In this document: piece after piece, positions 39,707-50,289 of the stretch | Position numbering within the stretch: the first letter of the stretch is position 1 | Layout: the number at the start of each line of letters is the position of its first letter | DNA from: a bacterium | GTDB taxonomy: Bacteria; Zhuqueibacterota; QNDG01; JAFGCO01 | Assembly (NCBI GenBank): GCA_016932575.1 | Contig: JAFGCO010000006.1 | Location: 16,238-80,237 of the forward strand | DNA length: 64,000 nucleotides | Direction of reading: 5' to 3' | Notes under the pieces: model-generated | What the model was told of the DNA's origin: nothing | The model's input: the letters and a program-made list of their open reading frames with translations, nothing else | Databases searched by the model: none | Program-made: the position numbers and the translations under genes

Positions 39707-41546
39707 TTATTTTAATAACAGACATTTTCGAAGCTGCCGGTTCTTGCCGGCAGTCAGTCGTATTAAATACATATTACTTGCAAGTTTTGTTCCATTCCAG
39801 TATAATGTATGTGCCCCTGCGTTTGCTGCTCCATCAAACAAGGTTTCAATTTTTTCTCCCCGTGTATTGAATACTTCCAGTCTTATATGACAGGATTCGG
39901 GTAAATGCCAGCTTATTTCAGTGCTTTCATTGAACGGATTCGGAGCCACGGGATGCAAGCAGAACAAATCCGGTTTATTGTGTTGAACCTGGCTTGAGGA
40001 TTGAAAGGTCCATGTCATCAGTGTCCAGGAGTGGCTGCTGAAATCATGGGTGTATGGAAAATTCTCATTTCCCTGAAAAACGGTTTTCAGCGCGACTTCC
40101 GTGTTTTTCGCTGTATTGATTGACCAGAGACGGGGGGCGTTTAATTCTCGCAGTGTGAGTTGGTTGTAATCGGATCCGTTAGTCAGATGAATAATGGCTG
40201 TTATGGAGTCATATTCATGATCTGATTCCTGAAGTCCGGAAATACGGTTTAAAACATACAATCGCAGAGTATCTTTGGCCGGACTGACAGTTGCCAGTGA
40301 TTTTAAAAGGGGAACAAATAATGTGTCCGACTTCCATCCCTCTCTGCCTTCCGGATCAATATCAGCCACTGGCAAATGATAAACGGGCCCGTTTTTAATG
40401 TTTGAAGCGATAACAGAATGATGAAGGCTTCGGGACAACTCGCTGTATATCAGGGCAGAAGGATTGAGATAAAATGCAGGTGAAGGGCCGATCATCCCTG
40501 TCACCGGCCAGTCTGCAAGAGCCGTATCAGAATCTGTGAGCAGTGAATGGATGTTCATTCCCAGGAGCCCTGTATTGAAGGCCCGGCTCAGCATACCCAT
40601 AAGGCAACCCGCAATATACAATCCCTGATCCAGAGAACGACCGAAAAAAATCCAGCTGTCTTCCAGCATACCATGGATTGGATGTATCTCCTGTTCGGTC
40701 ATACAACCGATACACCAGGTTGAACTCGCTGATCCATATCCCCAATGTTTTCTGCCCATGAGCCAGAACGTCCAGATGTTCGCGATGGTTCTGCAGTCTG
40801 GTTTCATGATTGTCTGTCTGCTGCCATTCGGTGCCCCACGAGACGTCCGCACAAAGCGCCAGAAAAAATGAGTCCGGATCCACGGGCGGATATTTCACAT
40901 AAAACGACTGATCGGGCTGACCGTTGCTTATTTCGGCATTTACAGACCAGTTGTTTTTCTTCACAACCCGTTGGCCTTGTTGCGGATTTTTCATATCATA
41001 GTACTGCCATTGAGAGCCGCCAAGAAGATAATTGCGGACGGTCCGGGCATAGTTTTCAGAACCATCGGGATTCTGTCCGAAATGCCAGGAGAACATGTGC
41101 TTATAATGCGCTCCCAGTTCATTTTTTGAATAGCCTGAAGAGCCGTCGAATCCGCCCGGCCTTTCCTCAATGGAACCCAGGCCGTCTTTCCAGAAATAGC
41201 TGCCGCTTGCGTTTCCACCAGGGAATCTCAGGTTTCTGACGCCGGTCTCACGAACCGCGCTTATGAACAGTTCCGGGAACAAACCGGTCAGCGGATCGTA
41301 ATCCGCACGATCAACAATAGATGTCATGGGATTGTTGGCACCCAGTAAAAAGGGGGTGACGGTTCCCAGGGTATCCGCAGAGAGATCGATGTGAATTTCG
41401 ATTTGAGATTCTCCGAATAATTGAAAGGATAAGAAGATCGAGAAAAGTGCGGTGGTTTTCATGAAGGCATTTTTCCCATGTTCAAATTTTTTATTGCACT
41501 TAAGATGTCGCTTCCAGTTTTTCAGAGACAATCCAGAAACAATCAA
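39707..41546 (-). pseudogene. frameshifted gene for a secreted clan GH-A glycoside hydrolase (GH30/39/51/79-like) with a T9SS C-terminal domain
   Basis: The N-terminal ORF (41546..40527) has a signal peptide and LRFPGGNASGSYFWKDGLG. The C-terminal ORF (40852..39707) ends in a Por_Secre_tail. The two frames swap at a 7-A homopolymer (40644-40650). Deleting one base fuses them in silico (…WYAGRQLDFFGRSLDQGLYIAGCLMG…). Confidence 0.65.
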
Positions 41547-41764
41547 TAAGCTGTGGTTGAATGAAAAATAGACTCAATATGGGGTAATATAATCAGGATT
41601 CATCAGAAAATAAAGAGATGGTTCTTGATTTTGTCATTTTTAATTTTAATTTATAGTTAAATAATTTGCGAATTTTATATGATTATCATTTTTATAAAAA
41701 ACTAAAGATCTAATACTTTTCAGTCTGATTATCAGTTCATAATATTCAACCGGAGGAGAGAACC

Positions 41765-42310
41765 ATGCTTGTCTTTTTAGCAATCATCGTTTTATTGTTG
41801 CTTATGATTATTATGGTTTACAATCGTCTGGTGAAACTTCGGAATCATAATAAAAATGGGTTTCACCAGATTAATGTGCAGTTACAGCGCCGGACAGATT
41901 TAATTCCCAATCTTGTTGAAACTGTGAAAGGCTATTTGAAGCACGAAAAAAAGACGCTGGAAGCTGTCATCCGGGCTCGTTCAGCTTTGCAAAAAGCGGA
42001 TTCCCCCGGTGAAAAAGCGCAGGCCAACGATATGCTATCTTCCACATTGAAAAGCCTTTTTGCCGTGGTTGAGAATTATCCCCAATTAAAGGCCAATGAA
42101 AATTTTCTGCGTCTGCAAGAAGAAATTACGACCACAGAGAATCAAGTGGCTTTTGCCCGCCAGTATTATAATGATTCGGTGATGAAATATAATACGGCCA
42201 TTGAATCCTTTCCCCAATCGCTTATTGCCGCGATGTGCAATTTTCGGGCGTTTCATTATTTTAAAACAGAGAGTGCAGCCGCAAGAAAAGCGCCGAAGGT
42301 GAAGTTCTAA
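41765..42310 (+). CDS. lemA: LemA family protein
   Basis: N-terminal TM, then the conserved YNRLVKLRN...QLQRRTDLIPNLVETVKGY motif. Confidence 0.85.
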   Translation: MLVFLAIIVLLLLMIIMVYNRLVKLRNHNKNGFHQINVQLQRRTDLIPNLVETVKGYLKHEKKTLEAVIRARSALQKADSPGEKAQANDMLSSTLKSLFAVVENYPQLKANENFLRLQEEITTTENQVAFARQYYNDSVMKYNTAIESFPQSLIAAMCNFRAFHYFKTESAAARKAPKVKF

Positions 42311-42547
42311 GTATAAGGTTCAAAAACAAATATCAAAAAGTAAAAATTCCACTCCAATTTGAAAACCAACCCAAATTTTTTGTCATTCCCATATTTTTCA
42401 AATAGAGGATGTTCTTACTCGTCTTTTGGTGACCCTGTCTTTCGAAGATCCGATGCTTTTCCATATAAAAATTTTTTTGGTCAGAAATCCATGCGTGGAT
42501 GATGAAGAATGTATTTTTAATATAAGTATTTGGGGGTGAACCTCTTC

Positions 42548-44335
42548 CTAAATGATATGATCCATTTTATTTGCTTCTTCCACCAGAATCTGCAATAACT
42601 CCAGTTCATTTTGATCAAACCAGACCACCCGGCAGAATTGGCAGGTATCGAGTTCGATGTGATATACGACATTGTACAGAGATCGGATCATGGGCATACT
42701 GCAGCATGGGCAGAGATACTGTTCCAATTTATTACCCAGGGATTTGGTATTGCCTTTAGATCTGTACCACTGGATGGCTTTTTTTCGTGCTGTCTCAGAA
42801 AATTGCACATCCTGACGGATAAGAATGGTTTGAATGCTCTCCAGAAGCACTATTTTACCGGAGCATTCCGGGCAGTACTGAACGGATACGTTTTCATAAC
42901 TGCCTCTGACCAAATTTTTTCTGCAAATTGGACAAAGAACATCAGGACTCAAAAAATCCTTTACGCTTTTTTTTCGTTGATGCATGTTTTTGATTTTTTG
43001 CACATATTTGGCGGGCACACCTGTTTTCAATAAATTTTTGGGAATGGTGTCCGATTGAGAAGTACTGGCTTCATCCACCGTAATAAATGTGGTCAAAGTA
43101 AACCAGGGCATGCGTACCAGAGTCTCGGTTGAAAGGCCGGAGATCCAACCGCCGGAAGGTGTGCGTATTTTCCAAAGTTGTTCATTTGGAGTGTTCATCC
43201 ATTCAGAAGATGGAATTTCAGGAGGTACTAGACGAATGGGGGTATCGGATTCCGGCTCAGCATGTTTGAACCGGTGTGTTGGATAATGCGCCATAGCAAG
43301 CAGAGCGGCAAGCCTTTTTTTAGGGGGAGGATGGCTGCTGAGAAGGTTGGTCCAGAACCCTCCTTTTTCATTTGATCCCTCTGAATCGGGTGAGACGATA
43401 AAAAGCGGGGTGAATCCAACTGCATAGAGTCCCAAGTTGGATGGATTACAGTGAGCTTTGTCAATAGCCCGGGCCAGAGCCATTGGATTGCGAGTCATTT
43501 CCACAGCGGTAGCATCTGCAATAAACTCTCTGTTTTGACTTATAAAACAGCTGAGCAAACGCATCATACCAGAAGAGATTCCCAGTATGAAGCTATAAAA
43601 AACCTGGAGGCCCGTGCGGTATTCTTTGTCATTGATGAGCGTTTTTTTGCTTATAGAATGCATCGTATTGATTAATGAAGTGATAAATCCAATATAGAAG
43701 GTGTCTCCATTGCGAATGTGAGCCAGTTCATGGGCAACAATGGCTTGAAGCTCGTCCCGCTTAAATTTGGAGACGATGCCTTCGGTTAAAGCGACTATTG
43801 GTGTTCCCTCTTTGTCGATGAGGGCCATTGAGTTAAAAACACCGGAAGGAATGATTCTCGCGTATACACTGGGCAGGCCGCAGGCGATACGGATTTCATC
43901 AACAATATTTTTAAACTGCTGATGACAGCTGTCCAGTTTTCCGGGTGGATGCAGGTTGAGTATTTTGAGTAACCGTTGTCTTCCGTATAATTTGGCGTAG
44001 GTCCAATGTAACCCCAGGAATGTCAAAGACAATCCCAGGATGATAAATATGTCGGTCCATGAAAAATAGGAGATAAAAAAAGAGGAACCAAAATCAGTGA
44101 ATATGACACGATCCTCGAAATATGTCATGAGGGGGATCCACAGAATTCTGATTGGTATATAAAGGACAGTAATGGTGAACACATAGATTAAAAACAGTGG
44201 AAAGATAAGAATAGCTGTCTTCCTGTTTTCCCGGGTCCGTATTTCATAGAAATTTTGCGGTGATGATTTCAAGTTGAAACTCAAATTAGACTGCTTTTGG
44301 ATTTTTCTGATACAGATGAAAAACATGCCAGTCAT
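42548..44335 (-). CDS. M48 (HtpX-like) zinc metallopeptidase with a C-terminal double zinc-ribbon (zf-TFIIB-like) extension
   Basis: N-terminal TM helices. HELAHIRNGD (HExxH). The C-terminal ~150 aa carry two CPxC...CxxC ribbons. An alternative TTG start at 44284 sits 1 nt after the upstream gene's stop. Confidence 0.8.
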   Translation of the reverse strand: MTGMFFICIRKIQKQSNLSFNLKSSPQNFYEIRTRENRKTAILIFPLFLIYVFTITVLYIPIRILWIPLMTYFEDRVIFTDFGSSFFISYFSWTDIFIILGLSLTFLGLHWTYAKLYGRQRLLKILNLHPPGKLDSCHQQFKNIVDEIRIACGLPSVYARIIPSGVFNSMALIDKEGTPIVALTEGIVSKFKRDELQAIVAHELAHIRNGDTFYIGFITSLINTMHSISKKTLINDKEYRTGLQVFYSFILGISSGMMRLLSCFISQNREFIADATAVEMTRNPMALARAIDKAHCNPSNLGLYAVGFTPLFIVSPDSEGSNEKGGFWTNLLSSHPPPKKRLAALLAMAHYPTHRFKHAEPESDTPIRLVPPEIPSSEWMNTPNEQLWKIRTPSGGWISGLSTETLVRMPWFTLTTFITVDEASTSQSDTIPKNLLKTGVPAKYVQKIKNMHQRKKSVKDFLSPDVLCPICRKNLVRGSYENVSVQYCPECSGKIVLLESIQTILIRQDVQFSETARKKAIQWYRSKGNTKSLGNKLEQYLCPCCSMPMIRSLYNVVYHIELDTCQFCRVVWFDQNELELLQILVEEANKMDHII

Positions 44336-44969
44336 GGATCATATGCTCGAAACGACCGGCTGTGGTCAGCGGATGAATCCGAATACGGATGACTCTGTCC
44401 TTTATTTCCATGACCGCACAACTGCTTTCGGTTTTTGAAAAGGCCCGTCCGGGATTGACAAATAACCGGTCTCCTGTAAAATGCAGTTTCGGCCAGTGGA
44501 GATGGCCGAAGAAAACAATATTGGTATCAGGCAATGTTTGCACGCATCGTTTGATCATGCGGTTTGCCACCATATTGAAGAATCCTGCCCGCCCGAAAAC
44601 AAAGTCTGTCAAACGATGCCAGAATGTCTTCATGCCGTGCCACATGACAATTTGGATTCCGCCGGCGACCTGCACGATACATTTTTCCGGCAAGGGGGGG
44701 TCAAACAACCGGTCTCCCCGGTTGTTCCCCCGCACGGCAAGGGTGGGAGCCATACGGCTCAGATGCTCCAATACGGGTGCTGTTGTAATATCCCCCCCGT
44801 GCAGAATAAGATCCACATTGCTGAAAATTTCCTGTACAGACGGGTAAAGACCCGCGGCACGGTCAGGCACGTGGGTATCTGCAATAAGACCGATGCGTGC
44901 AGCCCTGGGATAATGAAAAACCGGAATGGGGGATTTGTCGGGCATATTTTCTCCTGGCCTGGCCGGCAT
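44286..44969 (-). CDS. metallophosphoesterase (YfcE/calcineurin-like)
   Basis: GLIADTHVPDR, LILHGGDIT, GHLH motifs. Confidence 0.75.
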   Translation of the reverse strand: MPARPGENMPDKSPIPVFHYPRAARIGLIADTHVPDRAAGLYPSVQEIFSNVDLILHGGDITTAPVLEHLSRMAPTLAVRGNNRGDRLFDPPLPEKCIVQVAGGIQIVMWHGMKTFWHRLTDFVFGRAGFFNMVANRMIKRCVQTLPDTNIVFFGHLHWPKLHFTGDRLFVNPGRAFSKTESSCAVMEIKDRVIRIRIHPLTTAGRFEHMIHDWHVFHLYQKNPKAV

Positions 44970-45011
44970 TAAAAATCGCGGAAATAAAAAACCAAATATT
45001 CATTTCAATCG

Positions 45012-45821
45012 CTATTCCAGTCTTGATAAATCATCGAGTTCCAGCAAATGAAACCCATGCTCTTTGGCAAGTGCATGTTCACGTGTTGTGTTGAATCCCC
45101 ATAATGCAAGATGACAGTGCACGCCCAGGTCAGCGACAGAGATAAGATGCAGCACTTTATCATCGATAAAATGAATTTGGTGAAACGGTACCTGATAAGT
45201 TTTCTGAAGCTTTTCCAGATGATGTTTTTTTGTGTCAGACAAATCTTTATCCAGAATCCGCGAAGCGGGAAACACAGCGTCCAATCCGTAGGATTTCAGC
45301 TGGATATGAACGGATGGTCCGTCCTTGGATGTTGCTATGGCAAGTCTGAATCGTCCTGAAAGACATTTGATAGCTTCGATGACGCCCGGGAATGCAGGCA
45401 GAAGTTCGGACCAGATTTCCGGATTTTCCTGATAGGATCGCCTGAGCTGATAATAAATTGTGTGATACTTATCCAGTATGGCGGGATCGAGCCGGATTTT
45501 AAATCTGTCGTAGGATGCCTGATCGACGATGTCCGGGGTTTTTCCGCATTCGATTATTCTAAGGATTACATAATAGTCTTCCGCCCGGTTCCCAAGGGGC
45601 ATCAAATGAGAAAAGGATTGATACAAACGAGGATGTTTTTTTTCGACCGTAAAAATGGCTTCCGGAGGATCCACGGGATCCGATATGGGCAGATTGTGGC
45701 CCGGAAACAGATGGATGTAGGCATTTAATGCTGTCCGGAATGAATCGTGCACTGAATTGGAAATAACCCCATCAAAATCGAAAACAAGAAGCTGCAGTGG
45801 CATTTTTTGTTTTTTGGTCAT
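45012..45821 (-). CDS. HAD-superfamily hydrolase
   Basis: Motif I LLVFDFDGVISNS. Later SK and DD motifs. Confidence 0.75.
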   Translation of the reverse strand: MTKKQKMPLQLLVFDFDGVISNSVHDSFRTALNAYIHLFPGHNLPISDPVDPPEAIFTVEKKHPRLYQSFSHLMPLGNRAEDYYVILRIIECGKTPDIVDQASYDRFKIRLDPAILDKYHTIYYQLRRSYQENPEIWSELLPAFPGVIEAIKCLSGRFRLAIATSKDGPSVHIQLKSYGLDAVFPASRILDKDLSDTKKHHLEKLQKTYQVPFHQIHFIDDKVLHLISVADLGVHCHLALWGFNTTREHALAKEHGFHLLELDDLSRLE

Positions 45822-45853
45822 GTTTTTTCTTCAGGGTGAGGTTGTTTCATATC

Positions 45854-46285
45854 TTATTTCGTATCATAAGTTTTTATCTGTTGAATGGAAAAGCTGTCAA
45901 AATTATCCAGCAGTTCGATATTGATATTTTCTTTTTGGAGAAATTTTTGAAAGAGATTTCTGCCTCTATCCCAGCTTTCCTTCTCAAATTCCATTTTATC
46001 GGATCCGGTGGGTGTTTGGATGGTTTTCCAGTAAGCTTCGGATTTGTTGTTCTTTAACCATGATTTTTGCTGGCTGTGATGACCTGCTTCATGAAAAAGC
46101 AGATATAATAGTGTGGTGAAATCCTCGGCATCGGGATTGTAAAACAGGACAATGCTCCCCATTTGAGCAGGGGGATAATAATAAGCCAGCGATTCACGGA
46201 TAGGTATCAGCTGGATACTCAAATCCTTATAGCAATCCCAGCAGAGGAAGGCTTTCGCCTGTTTAATCACTTCGAATGATATCAT
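45854..46285 (-). CDS. hypothetical small protein with a HExxH motif (putative minimal zincin)
   Basis: LLYLLFHEAGHH. No other recognisable domain. 8 nt downstream of the DUF4870-like gene. Confidence 0.4.
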   Translation of the reverse strand: MISFEVIKQAKAFLCWDCYKDLSIQLIPIRESLAYYYPPAQMGSIVLFYNPDAEDFTTLLYLLFHEAGHHSQQKSWLKNNKSEAYWKTIQTPTGSDKMEFEKESWDRGRNLFQKFLQKENINIELLDNFDSFSIQQIKTYDTK

Positions 46286-46293
46286 TACCCGGT

Positions 46294-46683
46294 TTATTTT
46301 TCTCCGGCTTCTATGAAGTCAGCCACAAAAATATACCGGAAGGGCCGATCTTTCCAAACCCGCCATGCGCCGAAAAGCCCATAGGCGATCACCCAAATCC
46401 ATGCAAGGAAATAAAAAGGCTTCAACAGCTTTCCAATGAAAATAAGAGATAAGAGCGCAATAATAAGGAATAGAATTGCTGCAATTATATAGACGCAGAG
46501 CTGATAGAAAAAAGCCTGCTTGGCATGGAACTGCACAAATCGGGATGATTTGGGCAGCAGCCAGATGACCAGGGGGATCACCATCGTAAACGGGCCAATG
46601 AAAAAAATAGCCAGTGATGCATGCGAAGCCACGGCCATTAACTTTTCCTCATGTGTCACAGCAGATTTTGTTTCAACCACCAT
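46294..46683 (-). CDS. small integral membrane protein (DUF4870-like)
   Basis: Three or four TM helices, 129 aa. Confidence 0.5.
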   Translation of the reverse strand: MVVETKSAVTHEEKLMAVASHASLAIFFIGPFTMVIPLVIWLLPKSSRFVQFHAKQAFFYQLCVYIIAAILFLIIALLSLIFIGKLLKPFYFLAWIWVIAYGLFGAWRVWKDRPFRYIFVADFIEAGEK

Positions 46684-46871
46684 CTCAACCTCCTTGGTAT
46701 TAGAAAAAGCTTTGTGAATAAATTGATTTTTAATTCAATGCCAAACTCTGCGACTCGGCAATTGTTTTACAAACATCCGAATTATATCCGTACAGGATTT
46801 TTACAGAGCGACGAATCCCAATGATATTTACAGGCCCCTGTTTGTCTGTTCATAAAAACAAGGGATTTTCA

Positions 46872-48314
46872 TTATCCGGACAATGCTTTCAGTGTTTCTT
46901 GAAGCAGTTTATAAAAACGTTCAACAGAGTGAATATGCACCCTTTCATCCGGAGAATGCGGGTTTTGAAGATCCGGTCCAAAGCTGATCATATCCATGCC
47001 TTCAAATTTTTCACCAATGATTCCGCATTCAAGACCGGCGTGAATGGCTTCAACCTTTGCCTCTTTGCCGGTGACATTTTTATAAATTGCTTTCATGGTT
47101 TTCAGAATGGCTGAATCCAGATTGGGCGTCCATGCGGGGTAACCTGCCAGGTGAATGACACGGGCGCCGGCAAGCGATGCAACGGCGCCTATTTTTTGAC
47201 GTGTAGCCTCCAGAGCGGAAAGAATGGAGCTCCGGCTGCTGGTGTAGATCATTGGCTCACGGGTATCGTTCTTTACAATAGCCAGATTGTTCGACGTTTC
47301 GACCAGGCCCTTAATTTCCTGGCTCATGGCCATTACACCGTGGGGCAGGCCTGCCAAAAGGTTCAGAAGCCTGGCCTGATCTTCGGCTTTTAATGGATCT
47401 CCATGGGTATCCTTTACAGATTGGATATCCAAAGTCATTTCTTTTTCCACAGATTTGTATTCGAATTGAATTTCTTTCAGGGAGGCATGCAACTGGTCTT
47501 TTAATTCAGCCTCCTTATCGCACAAAAGGACAGCAAATGCTTCCCTGGGAATGGCGTTGTGCTTGCTGCCGCCTTCAAGAGAGACGAGATCGATGTCGGT
47601 TTTCAAATTTAACAGTACTCGGGCCAGTAATTGTATGGCATTGCCCCGGCCTGTGTGGATATCAATCCCCGAATGCCCCCCCCTTAATCCTTTTAAACCC
47701 ACGGAAAAGGCCTTTTTGCCTGAAGCAGATTTTCGTTGCACGGGTAATTTAATTTCCGTGTCTCCGCCTCCGGCGCAGCCGATAAAGAAAGTGCCCTCTT
47801 CTTCACTGTCCAGATTAATCAGAACACGTCCTTTTAGGAAATCATGACTAATTGATGTGGCACCGTTGAGTCCCGTTTCTTCATCAGTTGTAAAAAGCAA
47901 CTCGAGCGGGCCGTGCTGTACAGAGCTGTCTTCAGCAACCGCCAGAGAAGCGGCGACACCGATTCCGTTATCTGCACCCAACGTTGTGCCGTTTGCTGTC
48001 ACCCAGTCTCCATCGATGATTACCTCAATGGCATCCTTTTCAAAATCAAATTGTTTGTCCGAGTTCTTTTCACAGACCATGTCCAGATGGCCCTGCAAGA
48101 CAATGATGGGTGCCTTTTCATGACCTGGTGAAGCCGGCACCTGAATCAGCACATTGCCTGCGCTGTCCTGTTTGGAGGGGAACCCTGTTTGCTCAGCATA
48201 TTTTAATACATATTCACCCGCGTATTTTTCATTTTTCGAGCATCTGGGTATTTGCCGAATTTCGTCAAAATGTTTCCAGAGTAAAGCGGGTTTCAGATCG
48301 GTGATGGATGCCAT
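46872..48314 (-). CDS. pepD: aminoacyl-histidine dipeptidase (M20C, PepD)
   Basis: N-terminus LKPALLWKHFDEIRQIPRCSKNEK. HxDxV metal ligands (GHLDMV). ATG at 48314 follows a GGAGGA SD. Confidence 0.85.
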   Translation of the reverse strand: MASITDLKPALLWKHFDEIRQIPRCSKNEKYAGEYVLKYAEQTGFPSKQDSAGNVLIQVPASPGHEKAPIIVLQGHLDMVCEKNSDKQFDFEKDAIEVIIDGDWVTANGTTLGADNGIGVAASLAVAEDSSVQHGPLELLFTTDEETGLNGATSISHDFLKGRVLINLDSEEEGTFFIGCAGGGDTEIKLPVQRKSASGKKAFSVGLKGLRGGHSGIDIHTGRGNAIQLLARVLLNLKTDIDLVSLEGGSKHNAIPREAFAVLLCDKEAELKDQLHASLKEIQFEYKSVEKEMTLDIQSVKDTHGDPLKAEDQARLLNLLAGLPHGVMAMSQEIKGLVETSNNLAIVKNDTREPMIYTSSRSSILSALEATRQKIGAVASLAGARVIHLAGYPAWTPNLDSAILKTMKAIYKNVTGKEAKVEAIHAGLECGIIGEKFEGMDMISFGPDLQNPHSPDERVHIHSVERFYKLLQETLKALSG

Positions 48315-48764
48315 GATATCCTCCGTCAATTATACGATTACTTGAGACTTATATTGAAATATAGGTAAAAAAATGACAAAGGGCAACCGGCAAGTTATCG
48401 ATAGCCAAAGTATGACTGGTGTCTAATTGGAGGAGTGATTCGATTTTAAATGATACAGGTTTTTTTGTATCTTCGAATAAACCCTCTTCACTATTGTCAA
48501 TTACGAATCCAGTGATTCCTTTCAGTGATTCCAGCGGGGGTATCGCTTTTTATCAGAATTTTTTAACTTAAATACAGAATATCCTATATGAATTACCTAA
48601 ATATGTCTGTCATTCAGAGTAACCCATGAATAAAACAGGGACTTTATGTGTATTTATGATAAAATAATACATATTAGGATAATTATTGACAATTTTTGTG
48701 AACTTTTTGCTTGCTTTATTCGTCATATTTATGTACGCTTAAGCATGATTATGGGAGGTGCATA

Positions 48765-48947
48765 TTGAAGCAGATCTCGCGGCATGAAGCAGAGAGCTTG
48801 TTTCAACAGTCCGGGGTTCTTTCCACCAAGATCGAGCATAATTCTTCGGGATTGAAGGTTTCTCTGCAATATAGTGAAGATCAGGCCTGTGTTGTTTTTT
48901 ACAACAGACAGGATGGCGAGAAAACCTATTTTCTTGATCGCGTTTAA
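48765..48947 (+). CDS. hypothetical small protein (61 aa)
   Basis: TTG start 6 nt after GGGAGGT in an AT-rich intergenic region. No homology recognised. Confidence 0.25.
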   Translation: MKQISRHEAESLFQQSGVLSTKIEHNSSGLKVSLQYSEDQACVVFYNRQDGEKTYFLDRV

Positions 48948-49077
48948 ACAATGACAGCAATTGACAGACCTGTTGTAACGGGGTCGAGCGAGCGCATTTT
49001 TTGGTTACAAGCCTGCCATAGTGATATCATATTCCAAGATGTTTACAGGAATAACAATGCGAGCCGAGAGTATATTA

Positions 49078-50130
49078 TCAGTACATGCCGGTAATTTTTT
49101 TTGTTATCTTTCCCCAAACCTGAAGTATGTCATAACCGATTTTGCTGATTTTAAGCAAAGCAGGTTTATGAACATAAATATACCGGCCAAATTCAATTAA
49201 ATCGCCACCGAATTTTTCTTTGAATTGCCGGACACCATATGGCTGATCAATGCGCCCCGCCCATCCAAAGTCAAACAATCGGTAGCCATTTTGATGCCCC
49301 CATTTAAGTATGTGCCAGATAAAACCGTCCGTAGGATAGTAATTCCGCATTTTAAAATCATCGGCACTGTACCAGAGATAAATGATTTTATGATACACCA
49401 GGACAAGAAAACTTGCGAAAGGTTTGCCCTCTGCTTTTGCCAGAAAAAACATGGCCATGTTTTTCGGAACCAGAATATTAAAAATATTTTCAAACAGTGA
49501 CAGATCGGGAAGCGGAATATGTTTTACGGCAAAGGTTCGTTTAAGGTTTTGGTAAAACAGAGGCAGCATGCTGCGTTCTTTTATGGTCTCAAATGTTACT
49601 CCCCTTTTTTCTGCCAGACGCACATTCCGACGTGCAGATTTGTGAAATTGCTGCCAAATTTTATCTGGCGGCTTGTCAAGACCGATCCAATAATTGATAT
49701 GAGGTTCTTTTACGAATCCCTTTTTCCGCAGCAGTGGCAACACAGATGCGGGATCTGTAAGGTTTCTGATATCTGAAAACAGTGCATGATTATTGATATC
49801 ATTGATATAATAATCCAGCAGGTAAGAATAGGCCTCCCTTCCTTGTTCTGTTTCCTGATAAAGGGATCCGCCATAGTGAATCGCGCGCGTGGTCAATGAT
49901 CTTAACAACCCTGGTTTCAGAGTGACCAGAACCGGAAGAAACATGGCCAGTATGCTGCCGTTTTTTTCTGCCGCATAAATTCTGGGCTGATAATCAAGGC
50001 TGTTTTGAAAAACTTGAAACATTTCCGGTGTATGAAAAACAGTGCTGTGCGGTGATTTTTCAAGAAACGCTTTCCAGGATGAGAATTCGGGATTTTCATT
50101 GATGGTATAAGGTGTGGCAGATTTAATCAT
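49078..50130 (-). CDS. FemAB-like / GNAT-fold (Acetyltransf_6-type) aminoacyl- or acyl-transferase
   Basis: 350 aa. Two-lobed GNAT-like architecture typical of FemAB / peptidoglycan bridge-formation proteins. Assigned by overall pattern only. Confidence 0.5.
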   Translation of the reverse strand: MIKSATPYTINENPEFSSWKAFLEKSPHSTVFHTPEMFQVFQNSLDYQPRIYAAEKNGSILAMFLPVLVTLKPGLLRSLTTRAIHYGGSLYQETEQGREAYSYLLDYYINDINNHALFSDIRNLTDPASVLPLLRKKGFVKEPHINYWIGLDKPPDKIWQQFHKSARRNVRLAEKRGVTFETIKERSMLPLFYQNLKRTFAVKHIPLPDLSLFENIFNILVPKNMAMFFLAKAEGKPFASFLVLVYHKIIYLWYSADDFKMRNYYPTDGFIWHILKWGHQNGYRLFDFGWAGRIDQPYGVRQFKEKFGGDLIEFGRYIYVHKPALLKISKIGYDILQVWGKITKKITGMY

Positions 50131-50289
50131 GCAACGTCCCCGTTTGAAATGATTTCTTCCTCTCTAAATGCAATATTAAAAAATATTCCCTCACTCTTTA
50201 TAATATACAGATTTTTCTGTGTATTATCAATCCTTGACTTTATTCACAAATTCTATTAATTTTACTTTATTCCATCAGGAGAAAAAATA

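Noticed and set aside
45797-46057. 86-aa plus-strand ORF antisense to the HExxH gene
   Set aside because: Antisense to a better-supported ORF and hydrophobic low-complexity.
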